DNA of 64,000 nt, taken from Bacillota bacterium. GTDB taxonomy: Bacteria; Bacillota; Clostridia; Christensenellales; UMGS416. The stretch spans positions 2,316-66,315 of the forward strand of contig JAEWRW010000010.1 of NCBI GenBank assembly GCA_023398815.1, given 5' to 3'. Shown here piece after piece: positions 46,346 to 56,405 of this stretch. A program made the position numbers and the translations under genes. The notes below the pieces were generated by a model, which saw only the letters and a program-made list of their open reading frames with translations, searched no databases and had not been told where the DNA came from. Within the stretch, counting starts at the first letter, position 1, and every line of letters begins with the position of its first letter.

Positions 46346-47737
46346 ATGCGGGAGCGGGTGGCGCGCTACTGGCGCGAACAGAGCATGGCGGAGCCGGGAG
46401 AGGGTGTGCTGGTCGGGGTGTCCGGCGGCATGGACTCGGTGGCCCTGCTGTGGCTGCTGGCGGGCTTGCGTGCGGAGCTTGGCATCCGGCTCACAGCGGC
46501 GCACTTTCACCACGGCATCCGGGCGGAGGCTGACGGCGACGAGGCATTTGTGCGGGCGCTGTGCGGACGATTGGATGTGCCGCTCACCGTGAGCCGGGCC
46601 GATGTGCCGGCGCTGGCCGCGGCAGAGAGCTTGTCACTGGAGGTTGCTGCCCGCCAGGCGCGGCATGCGTTCTTCCGCCGGGCGATGGCCGAGACCGGCA
46701 GCACCCGCTTGGCCCTGGCCCACCACCGTGACGACCAGGCCGAAACGGTGCTGCTGCGACTGCTGCGCGGGGCGGGGGCGGCAGGCTTGGCTGCCATGGC
46801 CCCGGTGGAGGCGAATGGCATCGTGCGGCCCTTCCTCTGCGTAGGGCGGGCGGAGATTGCCGCGTGGTGTGCCGGGCAGGCCCTCAACTGGCGGGAGGAT
46901 GCCACCAACGCCGACCAGACCATCCCCCGCAACTGGGTGCGGCACACGCTGCTGCCGCTGCTGGGGCAACACCTGAACCCCGCTGCCGCCGAGACCCTCT
47001 GCCGCACCGCTGATCTGCTGCGCCAGGACGACCGCGCGCTGGAGGACCGGGCCGCCGCCGCGTTGGCGGGGCTTGTGCTGGGGCCGGCGGAGGCGTCGTT
47101 GCCAGTGGTGACACTGGTGGGCGAGGCACCCGCCGTGCGTGGGCGCATGCTGCGCCGCATGGCTGCCGCCGTGGGCCTGACCCAGGACTTGGGCCAGGAG
47201 CGGGTGGCCGCCATGGAGGGCCTGCTGGCCCCCGGCAAGGGGGGCCGCCGGGTGGAGTTGCCTCATGGGGTCGTGGCCCTGCGGGAGGGTGACCGCCTGA
47301 CCGTGCTAACGGCCCTGCCCGACACGCGGGACATCCTGCCGGTGCCGCTGCGTTGGCCGGGCGACACCCCGGTGCCGGGCTTTGTGCTGCGCTGCACGCT
47401 GCTGCCCGCCCGCCCCCGCGACCTCACCTCCGGTGCGCCGGAGGCGCTGCTGCTGGATGCCGACCGCCTGCCGGCCGATGCCGTGGTGCGAAGCCGCCTG
47501 CCCGGCGACCGCTTCCACCCCCTGGGGGCGTCCGGCCACCGCAAATGGCAGGATGTGCTGGTCGACCGCGCCGTGCCCCGTCGCCTGCGGGCCCGCCCGC
47601 TCATCGCCGTGGGGGATGAGGTGCTGGCCGCACCGGGCGTGGGCCTATGCGAAGCCCTACGGATTACCCAAACCACAACGCGCGTACTGCGCGTCGAATG
47701 CATCACCATGGAGGAACCCGATGTACCAAATGACTGA
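46346..47737 (+). CDS. tilS: tRNA(Ile)-lysidine synthetase
   Basis: PP-loop VLVGVSGGMDSVALLWLL and HHRDDQAETVLLRLLRG. Sits directly upstream of hpt, as in many Firmicutes. Confidence 0.9.
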   Translation: MRERVARYWREQSMAEPGEGVLVGVSGGMDSVALLWLLAGLRAELGIRLTAAHFHHGIRAEADGDEAFVRALCGRLDVPLTVSRADVPALAAAESLSLEVAARQARHAFFRRAMAETGSTRLALAHHRDDQAETVLLRLLRGAGAAGLAAMAPVEANGIVRPFLCVGRAEIAAWCAGQALNWREDATNADQTIPRNWVRHTLLPLLGQHLNPAAAETLCRTADLLRQDDRALEDRAAAALAGLVLGPAEASLPVVTLVGEAPAVRGRMLRRMAAAVGLTQDLGQERVAAMEGLLAPGKGGRRVELPHGVVALREGDRLTVLTALPDTRDILPVPLRWPGDTPVPGFVLRCTLLPARPRDLTSGAPEALLLDADRLPADAVVRSRLPGDRFHPLGASGHRKWQDVLVDRAVPRRLRARPLIAVGDEVLAAPGVGLCEALRITQTTTRVLRVECITMEEPDVPND

Positions 47738-48266
47738 CGACCTGAAAGAGACCCTGCTGACCGAGGCTGAAATTGCTGAAAAGGTGGCCGAGATCGGTGC
47801 GCGCCTGTCCCACGATTACGCCCACACCCGGCCCCTGCTGGTCTGTGTGCTCAAAGGCTCGGTGGTGTTCTATGCCGACCTCATCCGCGCCATGACGATC
47901 CCGGTGGATCTGGACTTCATCGCCGTATCGAGCTATGGCCGCGGCACCACCTCCGGTGAGGTGCGCATGATCAAGGATCTCGACGTGTCCATTGAGGGGC
48001 GCGACGTTCTCATTGTGGAGGACATTCTGGATACGGGGCTGACGCTCAAGTACCTGACCGAGATGCTGCGGGCCCGCGGGCCGGCGTCGCTCAAGCTCTG
48101 CACGCTGCTCGATAAGCCCGAGCGTCGCAAGGCCCCCCTTGAGGCCGATTACAGCGGCTTCTCCATCCCCAACGAGTTTGTGGTGGGCTATGGCCTTGAC
48201 TATGCCGAGCGCTACCGCAATCTGCCGTTCGTGGGCATCCTCAAGCCCGAGGTATACGCGAAGTAG
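47721..48266 (+). CDS. hpt: Hypoxanthine phosphoribosyltransferase
   Basis: 181 aa with PRPP motif VLIVEDILDTGLTL and C-terminal FVVGYGLDYAERYRNLPFVGILK. RBS GGAGGA. Overlaps the tilS end by 17 nt. Confidence 0.95.
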   Translation: MYQMTDDLKETLLTEAEIAEKVAEIGARLSHDYAHTRPLLVCVLKGSVVFYADLIRAMTIPVDLDFIAVSSYGRGTTSGEVRMIKDLDVSIEGRDVLIVEDILDTGLTLKYLTEMLRARGPASLKLCTLLDKPERRKAPLEADYSGFSIPNEFVVGYGLDYAERYRNLPFVGILKPEVYAK

Positions 48267-48287
48267 GGCATTTGCCTTTGCCAAGCA

Positions 48288-48316
48288 AGGGGCGTCCGAT
48301 GGACGCCCCTTTTTGT
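48288..48316 (+). terminator. Rho-independent terminator after hpt
   Basis: AGGGGCGTCC-GAT-GGACGCCCCT followed by TTTTGTGTG. Confidence 0.8.
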
Positions 48317-48433
48317 GTGCCGCGCGGCGCGTGGCAGAATTCTGTCGTTTGGTGATTTTATTTAAGCCAGTTCTCTTTTTTTGGGCGGCATGAGATAATG
48401 GAATCGAAATAACTCAATGGATGATACGGGAGA

Positions 48434-50002
48434 GTGCAATGCTCATCTCAATCACACGCAGAATATTTCCCGTTGGTTGCCCGCAAGAACTTGTTTGCGC
48501 CATGCAGGAAATTGCGGATAGACAATGTGACGCGCAGGGTGCCCAGTGGAGCCCCTCACAGAGCCTCACCGAGGAAATGCGGGGGCATTGCATCATTCTC
48601 TTTGGGCAGGCGCAGGTGTCAACCGTCGCCCATGGGCAGCGGATACACAAATCCATGGATTGGGGCGCAGCCGGATCTGGCCGTTTTGCGCCAGGGCTTT
48701 GTGGATGCATTGCCGCTGCCGCTCGACGAGGAGCGCTTTGCCGCATCGTTTCAAAACATGATCCATCGGTGTGATCTACAACGGCGACTGGATCTTCGGG
48801 AGAATCAGCTGGAGACCTACTACGCCATCAGCGATGACATGCTGTGGACGAAGGACATGGGCGATCTGCACATGGACATCAACCCCGTTCTCATTGCCTT
48901 GGCGGGTAAGCCGCGGGAGCAAATTGAAGGCAAGCATGAAAATGAGGTCTACGGCCTTGACCCGGATGTGGCAGGCTGCAAGCAAAGCGAGCTCTATGTG
49001 CGAACGACGGGCAGGATGAACTATTTTGAAGAGTCCATGCCTGGGGCGGATGGAAAACTGCACCATCTGCGGGTTGCCAAAGCGCCATGGCGGGATGGAC
49101 AGGGCCGCATCATCGGCTCCATCGGCTTGGGCAAGGACATGACGGAACTGATGAACCAGCAGACCAAGTTTGAGCGGTTTCTGGATGATTTGGAACTGGG
49201 CGTTGTGATTGTGGACACGGGCGACAGGGTGATACAGACCAACCGGGTATACCTGGAGATTGCCGGCCTGCAACGCGAAGAGGTTGAGGGGCACCCATTG
49301 AAAGAGCTCGCCTATGAACAGATCAGCGAGTTTGGGGTGAGAGATTACGTTGTGCCCGCGCCCAACGGCAAAAAGACGATCTGGACCTGCAATAAGTTTG
49401 ACTTGAAAGACTATTGGGGCAGGCTGTATGGGTTCACCTATATCTTCCATGATGTAACGCTGGAAAGGAAACAGGAAAAGAAGATCCGGAGCATGGCGGT
49501 CAAGGATCATTTGACCGGCCTTTCCAACCGGGTGGGGTTGTCCAAATACGTCAAAACCATGGGGAAGAAAGGCTGCTTTACCTTCCTGTATACGGACATT
49601 GATCAGTTCAAAACGGTCAACGACAGATTCGGTCATACGGTGGGGGATCGTGTGCTCAGGAGTGTTGCGGGCCTGTTCCGCGCCGTCCTTCCAGACGCAT
49701 TCACCGCGCGTGTGGGCGGGGATGAGTTCTTTACCATCGTCAGTGGCAGTGTGGGCCGCCCGGAACTGGAGGTGGCATTGAAGGCGCTGCTGGAAGGCAT
49801 CCAACAGCTCCCCGATTATCCGGAGGAAATCCGAAACACCGTCTCCTTTTCCATTGGCGTTCTGTTCCAATCCCCGTTGGAAGCCAATTTAGGCGATATC
49901 ATCCGCAGGAGCGATGAGGGGATGTACCAGGCCAAACGACTGGGCAAAAACCGGTATTGCTTTTGTGACTGCTGCGAGTTGAGCTGTGACAAACACTCGT
50001 AG
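48434..50002 (+). CDS. PAS-domain diguanylate cyclase (GGDEF); 5' end uncertain
   Basis: Two PAS-like segments, then RVGGDEFFTIV. The only good RBS+ATG (GGGAGAG, ATG 48439) is in a different frame that closes at 48774, so either the true start is internal (for example ATG near 48632) or there is a frameshift. Confidence 0.75.
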   Translation: MQCSSQSHAEYFPLVARKNLFAPCRKLRIDNVTRRVPSGAPHRASPRKCGGIASFSLGRRRCQPSPMGSGYTNPWIGAQPDLAVLRQGFVDALPLPLDEERFAASFQNMIHRCDLQRRLDLRENQLETYYAISDDMLWTKDMGDLHMDINPVLIALAGKPREQIEGKHENEVYGLDPDVAGCKQSELYVRTTGRMNYFEESMPGADGKLHHLRVAKAPWRDGQGRIIGSIGLGKDMTELMNQQTKFERFLDDLELGVVIVDTGDRVIQTNRVYLEIAGLQREEVEGHPLKELAYEQISEFGVRDYVVPAPNGKKTIWTCNKFDLKDYWGRLYGFTYIFHDVTLERKQEKKIRSMAVKDHLTGLSNRVGLSKYVKTMGKKGCFTFLYTDIDQFKTVNDRFGHTVGDRVLRSVAGLFRAVLPDAFTARVGGDEFFTIVSGSVGRPELEVALKALLEGIQQLPDYPEEIRNTVSFSIGVLFQSPLEANLGDIIRRSDEGMYQAKRLGKNRYCFCDCCELSCDKHS

Positions 50003-50303
50003 AACGGACGCAGTTGCTCCAGTGTCTTGCATGGCATCGCTGCCCTGCACAGCGGCGCACAGCCTGTCTCCGGGTATGTTTGCTGCGATGTCCTCAGCTT
50101 GCCTCATTCGCCGGAATTGACACACAGAGCCTCGGCCACGCGGTGGGCGGGTTCGCCACAGGGGTCGTCTTTCGTCGCACCCAACAGGGCCAACGTGCCG
50201 GGTACGTTCCGGGTGGGCGTGGGCCAGCGGCGTAGGTGCTTTGCACGAGGGCATCCTCACGTCCAAAGTGTGGCGAAGCAGTAGGCTACTTCAACCAACA
50301 AAT

Positions 50304-50330
50304 GGGGCGTCCGGCGGACGCTCCGTTTTT
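50304..50330 (+). terminator. Hairpin terminator 300 nt downstream of the GGDEF gene, also facing the solute-binding pseudogene
   Basis: GGGGCGTCCG-GC-GGACGCTCC followed by GTTTTTGTG. Confidence 0.55.
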
Positions 50331-50358
50331 GTGCCGTTGTGGCGTGCGGCAGGCGCCA

Positions 50359-51944
50359 TCAATGCCGTGGCGTCACCATGTCGCCCGACGGGTCCCAGGT
50401 GCAATCCAGCCAGCTCTGCAGCAGCTTCAGATAAGGTGCGTAGGCCGCGTCGTAGGCCGTCATCCCAGTGCTGTAGCGCTCCTCGTCGCCCTCGGCTGGA
50501 GGGTGTTCCAGCGTCCCCCAGTCCAGCCCGGCTTCCACCCGGTCAGTGATGAGGTCATAGCAAACCATACTGGCCTCGGGCAGTTGGCCCAGGGCGTTTG
50601 CCAGGTCGCCGGTGCGGTCGGCGTAGCGCAGGGCACTGCTGGGCAGGCTGACCCAATCGGTACCCTCGCGGGCCTGCAGGGTGCGGGCGGCGGCCTGCTG
50701 ATAGGCGGTCACCAGCTCGGGGGATTCGCAGTTCATCAGGGGCAGCGGGTACTTCCAGGAGGCATCAAACAGGGTGGTGAAGCGGTCGTAGACATCGCTC
50801 ACCGCCTCCAGCCGGTTGTCGTCCACCCGCTTGTAGTCCTCGCCTCCTCCCCATAGGCCATAAAGAGGTGGTTCTCCAGCTTTGATACGCTCCAGTCCAT
50901 CAGCGTCACCAGCGCCTCGGGCTTGTCGTAAGCCTCAAACACCGAAGCACAGACGTTGGATAGGCCGCCCAGCGTCAAGCCCTGCGCGCCAGTGAGCGAC
51001 AGAGGAACCAGCCGTGCGCCCTTCACCGTGGCGGCGTTGGAGAGATCCACAACGGTCATTAGCCAGTCGCTGTTGGCCAGGTACGCATAGCCCTCATGCT
51101 GGGCGTTGTCCTGGGGGAAGTAGCCGGCGTCCCACCAGCCCTTAATGAGGTCGGTGGCCTGCTGGAACACGGCAGTGCGGTAGAAGGGGAGGAGGGTGCC
51201 GTCCTCGGCTCGCAACACCTGCGGGTTCCGCACGTTGGCGAAGGGTAATAGTCTGCCTTCAATGTTGTAGGTCATTTCGGCGATGGGCTGGATGCCGGCC
51301 TCCTTGGCCTTGGCCAACAGGGCCTCGAGCCCCTCCAGCGTTTCGGGCGCGTCCCAGCCTTGCTGCTCCAGCACCTGCAGGTTCAGCACGGGCGTGTCAA
51401 GAGCGCTCCAGATCTGGGGCAGGGCCACCAGCTGGTCACCGATGCGGCACCCGGCCAGCGCGGTGTCAGGCAGCTTCGCGAGGTTGGGGCCATAGAGGTT
51501 GACGGCGTCGTCCAGCGCCACCGGCGCCAGTGTCTGCGCCGTCGATTCCTGCGTCCGCTCGTAGTCATAGATGAGCACGATCTCCGGCAGGTCGCCAGCT
51601 GCCACCATCTCCATGGCGTGTTGATAGAACGACCAGCTGCCGCCCCGCTCCAACACGATGTCCATGTCGATGTTGCGCTGCTTGAGGATCGTCTGCTCCA
51701 ACCGCTCGATGAGCTGGTTCTGCCGCCGCCCATCGATGGGGGGCACGCCGTACTCTTTGCTGGGAGTACCACAGAGAATTTGCACCTCGCCCAGCTCCAG
51801 CGTGCCGGTCGCCTTGACGGGGATTTCATCCTCGCTCAGGAAGGCCGGCGCGTCGGGGGTCTCGGCCTTGCAACCAGCCAGGGGCAGGGCGAGGGGCACG
51901 GCTAACACCAACGCCAGCAGTAGGGCGAGCAAGCGGGTACGCAT
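50359..51944 (-). pseudogene. ABC transporter solute-binding lipoprotein, frameshifted near 50835-50845
   Basis: The N-terminal ORF (51944-50799) has lipobox PLAGC. The protein continues as EDYKRVDDNRLEAV.. in ORF 50826-50359. One missing G in GAGGAG(G)GCGAGGAC would restore YGEEGEDYKRV. No permease or ATPase gene is adjacent. Confidence 0.65.
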
Positions 51945-52171
51945 AGGAACCTCCTTTGGTGCCGGTGGCGGCAGGCCCTCACCAGCCGGATGACTCCATC
52001 ATATCCCGCGGAGTTTTCAAAAGCAAGCTTGAATGTATTGCAGATTTCTTAAGGTGTGCGAGTGGGGTCTGGCCCTGGTGTGGGCGGGGTGTGCCGTTAC
52101 CCAGTGGGGGTGCACTCAATCCAGATAGCCATCCAAGGCTATATACTTCTTGGAAAACGGCGCTGCCGCGT

Positions 52172-52805
52172 GGCGGTACTTTTGGATGGCGCCAAAAGTA
52201 CCCAAAAGCGCCTAGGGCACGGACGGACTTCCAAGACCTGACCACCGGCACAAACATTGATGCAGCGGCGGGTAACTCGCATGAGTATTGCTAGGCAACA
52301 CTCATACTCAAACATCCCCGCCCGATCAGCGCCCGGATGGCGCAAGGCCGAGGGCCGTGAGTGCGACGCACAGCGTCGTACTAGCCGCAGGACGCGGCGT
52401 AAGGCCCGAGCGCTGTCACAAAACAAGAGCCGCCGATGGCCAGGGCTGGTCGCAACCCTGCGGGTTGCTGCTCGCCCATGCGACCTGGGGGAAGTCCGAA
52501 ACGCGCCCGGTGAGAACAGGAACGGAGCGCGATACGCCAAAGGGACAGGCGTCCCTTTGGAATCCCGCTACCGCAGTAACCAGAACGAGAGCCGCCCCCA
52601 GCAGCCGCGTCGCGGGTTTATCCCGCAGCGGCGCCACAATGCGTATTCGTGGTGCTAGGCCCCTCCCGCCCGTGGCGCGTTTCTCCGTGAATCCTGCACG
52701 AGCTGCAAAAAAGGAAGCCCCTTGACGACATGTGCGTCAAGGAGCGTCACCGAACACGCGAACGAATTCTTCAAACTCGCGGCCGTCGCGAAGCGGCGGA
52801 CGCGA
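52172..52805 (-). repeat. Mosaic repeat copy E, inverted, abutting the comB stop codon (H1, H2 52718-52744, M3, R3 core 52172-52508)
   Basis: The minus strand begins GTCGCGTCCGCCGCTTCGCGACGGCCGCGAG directly after the TAG stop. The R3 hairpin stems carry compensatory changes. Confidence 0.85.
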
Positions 52806-53522
52806 CTAAAGTTTCATCATTCCCTTTTCGTAGAACGGCACCACGCTCAGGCCGTCGTGTTGCAGGCAGAAGTGGACGTCCTGTGCGTAGCCGGCCTCCA
52901 GCAGGTAACGCACGTGGGCGCAGTCGCGCAGGCCCTCCTCGGGGTTACTGGCGTATTGGTGGTAGATGTTCCGTGCCACGGTCGTCAGGTCGTCTGCCAC
53001 CGGCGCGTTGCCCACCAGGCTGTGGGCGATGGCACCGGCGGTGATCACATCATCGAGCGAGAAGCGACCCCGGGTGCCGGCGCACAGCAGTGTCACATCC
53101 AGGCCGGAGTGACGGGCCTGGTCGGCCACGGCGGTGGCGTTGAGCATGCACCCGGCCACCAGCACGGCGGCGTTGCTGGCAGCCAGCAGCGCGCGGGTGC
53201 CGTTGGTGGTGGTCATCACCAGCATCCGGTCGCCCACGGCGTGCTCGTCGTACTCCTGCGGGGAGTTGCCCAGGTGGAAGCCCGGGATGGGGTTGCCCTC
53301 CCGCTCGCCGCACAGCAGCGCATAGTCCGACCCCAGGTTGTGGTAGAGGCGCATGGCCTCGTCAATCTCTGCCACGGGGATGACACCGCGCGCGCCGGCG
53401 GCCAGCGCCGTGGTGATGACCGAAGTGGCGCGCAGCGTATCGATGACGATGACGAAGCGGTTTTTGATCGTCGTGCTCTCGTCGACGATGGACTGCGGGG
53501 TGGCAAAGGTTTGGATGCGCAT
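52806..53522 (-). CDS. comB: 2-phosphosulfolactate phosphatase family protein
   Basis: 238 aa. FVIVIDTLRATSVITTALAAGARGVIPV and GNSPQEY..MTTTNGTRA are typical ComB-family motifs. RBS GGAGGAAC. Confidence 0.8.
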   Translation of the reverse strand: MRIQTFATPQSIVDESTTIKNRFVIVIDTLRATSVITTALAAGARGVIPVAEIDEAMRLYHNLGSDYALLCGEREGNPIPGFHLGNSPQEYDEHAVGDRMLVMTTTNGTRALLAASNAAVLVAGCMLNATAVADQARHSGLDVTLLCAGTRGRFSLDDVITAGAIAHSLVGNAPVADDLTTVARNIYHQYASNPEEGLRDCAHVRYLLEAGYAQDVHFCLQHDGLSVVPFYEKGMMKL

Positions 53523-53659
53523 GGTTCCTCCGGCGGCCTCTCTGGTGGCTGAGATGGGCGAGGGCCTCAATATAGTGTGTATTATACCCCAGCGGCGGCG
53601 GAAGTGACAAGATTTGCCTGTCCGGCTTGCGAGATCGGGCCTAAACGCCAAAAAACTAT

Positions 53660-53689
53660 TTGACAGAACCGCCGAAACCATGCTAGAAT
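53660..53689 (+). promoter_or_regulatory. Promoter of the tRNA pair
   Basis: TTGACA (53660-53665), 18 nt, then TGCTAGAAT (extended -10, TAGAAT at 53684-53689). Confidence 0.65.
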
Positions 53690-53704
53690 GCTATTCGCGT
53701 CCAA

Positions 53705-53778
53705 TGCGGAATGGTGTAACGGCAGCACAAACGGCTCTGACCCGTTTTGACTAGGTTCGAATCCTAGTTCCGCAGCCA
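53705..53778 (+). tRNA. tRNA-Gln (anticodon CTG)
   Basis: Acceptor TGCGGAA/TTCCGCA is perfectly paired. Anticodon arm AACGG-CTCTGAC-CCGTT, T arm CTAGG-TTCGAAT-CCTAG, encoded CCA. Confidence 0.9.
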
Positions 53779-53782
53779 GCGT

Positions 53783-53858
53783 GCCCCCATGGTCTAGTGG
53801 CCTAGGACACCGCCCTCTCACGGCGGCAACAGGGGTTCGAATCCCCTTGGGGGTGCCA
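53783..53858 (+). tRNA. tRNA-Glu (anticodon CTC)
   Basis: Acceptor GCCCCCA/TGGGGGT, D arm GTCTAGTGGCCTAGGAC, anticodon arm CCGCC-CTCTCAC-GGCGG, T arm AGGGG-TTCGAAT-CCCCT, encoded CCA. Confidence 0.9.
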
Positions 53859-53862
53859 CTTG

Positions 53863-53900
53863 AAAAGCCAGCAAGCAATTGCTGGCTTTTCTATTTGTTT
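53863..53900 (+). terminator. Rho-independent terminator after the tRNA pair
   Basis: AAAAGCCAGCAA-GCAA-TTGCTGGCTTTT, then CTATTTGTTTTT. Confidence 0.85.
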
Positions 53901-54008
53901 TTCCTCTTCTGCTGTGGCCCACTACATGCCCGCACTGCGCCTTCCCCATATTGCCGTTGCAAGCAGAACTCCCCCGACAGAGTGTCAGGGGAGTTTGCGC
54001 GGGCCGTC

Positions 54009-54659
54009 TTATGGGTGGGCGACCAAACCGCTCAGCAGGAGCTTAAAATGGGCAAGCGCCTGCTTTTTGAGAGGGAAATCCGGGTAGCGGATGCACCACT
54101 CATAGGTTATCCCCCGCATGGCCAACAGCAGATGGCGGGAGAGGTCATCCAGGGACTGGGACGAGTGGAACTCCCCCCGCTGGATGCCAGTGCGCAGCAC
54201 ATCCTCCACCATGCCATACACGGCGCGGTTGTAGGCGGACGCGTTCTCTGCGTGGCTCTCGCCCGCCAACTGCATGCGATACAGTGCCCGCATCTGCGCG
54301 ATGCCAAGCTGGTTCTCGATCACGTCGAAGATGTTGCCCACCAGTGCCAGCAGGGTATCGGCAGAGGTCATCCCGGCCGGCAGGCTGTTCAGGAAGGCCT
54401 GGTAATTCGTGTCCACCTTGCCCACCTTGTCCGCGATCAACGTCGCGACCAACGTGTCCTTGGAACCGAAGTGCACATAGAACGCCCCTTTGGAAACCCC
54501 GGCTTCCTCCACGATGGAGTCCACACTGACCTCATCAAAGCCGTACTGGGCGAACAGGCGGTCGGCGGCGGCATACAGGCTGCTCCGGGTCAGAACCGCC
54601 TTCTCTTTTCTTTTGTCAAAACCATTGTTTTTCATGCTTTTTGCGCTTTCCTGTTTCAA
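54009..54659 (-). CDS. TetR/AcrR family transcriptional regulator
   Basis: The HTH is SSLYAAADRLFAQYGFDEVSVDSIVEEAGVSKGAFYVHFGSKD. Divergent from the MACPF gene. Confidence 0.9.
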   Translation of the reverse strand: MKQESAKSMKNNGFDKRKEKAVLTRSSLYAAADRLFAQYGFDEVSVDSIVEEAGVSKGAFYVHFGSKDTLVATLIADKVGKVDTNYQAFLNSLPAGMTSADTLLALVGNIFDVIENQLGIAQMRALYRMQLAGESHAENASAYNRAVYGMVEDVLRTGIQRGEFHSSQSLDDLSRHLLLAMRGITYEWCIRYPDFPLKKQALAHFKLLLSGLVAHP

Positions 54660-54851
54660 GTCCGTCTTCCTGCGGTATATAGTGACTGTGGTCAGTGACT
54701 GCGGTATGCAATTGGTTGGTTGCTGTTTGCATTATACCGCCAATCCAAAATGGTGACAACGACCATGAGATGAACCGTGGGCGTGGGGAAGACGGGGGCG
54801 TCTGCCCTACGCACGCTGGCATCCGATCATTCGTTTTAGGAGGAGTGTGCT

Positions 54852-56405
54852 ATGAAGCAAAGAAGAATCGTTGCCCTGACCCTCTGTGCCCTTTTTGCAG
54901 TGGCCGGTACCGGCTGCACCGCCAAAGAGGTCACCAACCCCGACCGGAAGGACGTGGTTGCCCAGGCGCAAACCGAACAATTGGGCACGTTCCAAAACCT
55001 GAACGGCGAGGAGGGGGAAGAGGACGGCATGCTGCAGGGTGGGGCCATGACCAACTACCTGCTGTATGGCTACCACGTGTTGAAGAATGGGTACATCGAC
55101 TCCAAGAGCATCGATAAGTCCAACCCCATCATCGACAAAGCCAAGCTGACTTCCGACGACTTTGAGTCGGTGACCAACACCGGCTCGGACGTGGACTACC
55201 TGTTCTCCAGCAAGGCCAGCGATTTTTACAGCACCATGAAGATTTCCTCTGACAGTGAATACAAGGGGGTGTTCTTCAGCGGGAGCCTGAAAACCGACTA
55301 CAGCATCGCCACCAGTCTGAGCGAACAGCAGACGCTGATCAAGTACATCCAGTACCAACAGACGGGCGAGCAGTATTATAGCATCAGCACCGCCGCGCTC
55401 AAAAAGCGCCTGAGTGATGACTTCCTGGCCGATGTGAAGGCTTACGCGGTCTCCAACCCCAAGAAAATATTCGACACCTACGGCACCCACCTCATCAAGC
55501 AGTATTATCTGGGCGGCCGCGCTGAGTTGAACTTCCTGTACCGCAACACCTCCCAGCAGACCAAGGAATCGCTGGAAGCCAACGTGGAGGCCGCCTACAA
55601 GTCCTTCTCCAGCAAGGTGGACGCCAGCACGTCGAAGAAGGCCACCGTGGTCACCGCGCATTCCACCATGACCTTCCGCTCCAAAGGCGGTGACAACCTG
55701 ACCGGCAGCAGCCCCAGCGAAATCTCCGGCAAATACGACGCTTGGGTGAAGTCCATCAGCGATAAGCCGGTCATCAGCGGCATTGCGGACTTTGACAAGG
55801 CCATGCTGCCCATCTGGGAGTTGGTGGACGACAAGGCCGCCGCCGATAGCCTGGAGGCGGAGTTTGAGAAGGAAGCCAAAGACTCGCAGAACTCGCTGCA
55901 GAGAATGGATCCCACGCCCATGTATGTCTCCGAGATCGGCGTGTACAGCGAACCCGACAGCGACGACGCCCTCAAGGAGATGCCCGATGGGTTTGTGAAG
56001 GTGATGCTGAACCCCGCGACCGACAGCACCGAGATCGTGGACGCCAACAAAGGGGCCGGAGGGGATTACATCTACATTGGGTACAAGCTCTCCGCCAACG
56101 AGGAGGATGCCATTACCGACCTCAAGATAGCCATTGGGGGTAGTTCAAGCGCCAGCTGTGACGGCTATACCAAGATCGGGGTGGATCTGAACCGTGGCGC
56201 GGGCGGCAAATACATCTACCTGTGCTACAAGAAGGCCACTTCGGCCTCCGACCCGCTCCTCAAAGAAATCCGCGGGGTGTACTCCAGCTCGTCGGGTGCC
56301 TATACCCTTCCCAGCGATTGGGAATGGGTGTCTGGTAAGGCCGACCTGAACAAGGGTGCCGGTGGCAAATACGTCTACCTCGCTATGCGCAGGCAAACGC
56401 CCTGA
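54852..56405 (+). CDS. MACPF (perforin-like) domain lipoprotein with C-terminal threefold MABP/beta-prism-like repeats
   Basis: Signal and lipobox-like sequence LCALFAVAGTGC. MACPF signature YGTHLIKQYYLGG (55479-55517). Three repeats about 50 aa apart: DANKGAGGDYIYIGYK, DLNRGAGGKYIYLCYK, DLNKGAGGKYVYLAMR. RBS TAGGAGGAG. Confidence 0.7.
   Translation: MKQRRIVALTLCALFAVAGTGCTAKEVTNPDRKDVVAQAQTEQLGTFQNLNGEEGEEDGMLQGGAMTNYLLYGYHVLKNGYIDSKSIDKSNPIIDKAKLTSDDFESVTNTGSDVDYLFSSKASDFYSTMKISSDSEYKGVFFSGSLKTDYSIATSLSEQQTLIKYIQYQQTGEQYYSISTAALKKRLSDDFLADVKAYAVSNPKKIFDTYGTHLIKQYYLGGRAELNFLYRNTSQQTKESLEANVEAAYKSFSSKVDASTSKKATVVTAHSTMTFRSKGGDNLTGSSPSEISGKYDAWVKSISDKPVISGIADFDKAMLPIWELVDDKAAADSLEAEFEKEAKDSQNSLQRMDPTPMYVSEIGVYSEPDSDDALKEMPDGFVKVMLNPATDSTEIVDANKGAGGDYIYIGYKLSANEEDAITDLKIAIGGSSSASCDGYTKIGVDLNRGAGGKYIYLCYKKATSASDPLLKEIRGVYSSSSGAYTLPSDWEWVSGKADLNKGAGGKYVYLAMRRQTP

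Noticed and set aside
50003-50303. 300 nt between the GGDEF stop and the next terminator, examined for a gene or sRNA.
   Set aside because: The ORFs on both strands (50027-50284 on +, 49889-50266 on -) are Arg/Ala/Pro-rich without an RBS. No promoter or conserved structure was visible. It may be a long 3' UTR but there is nothing to support a call.
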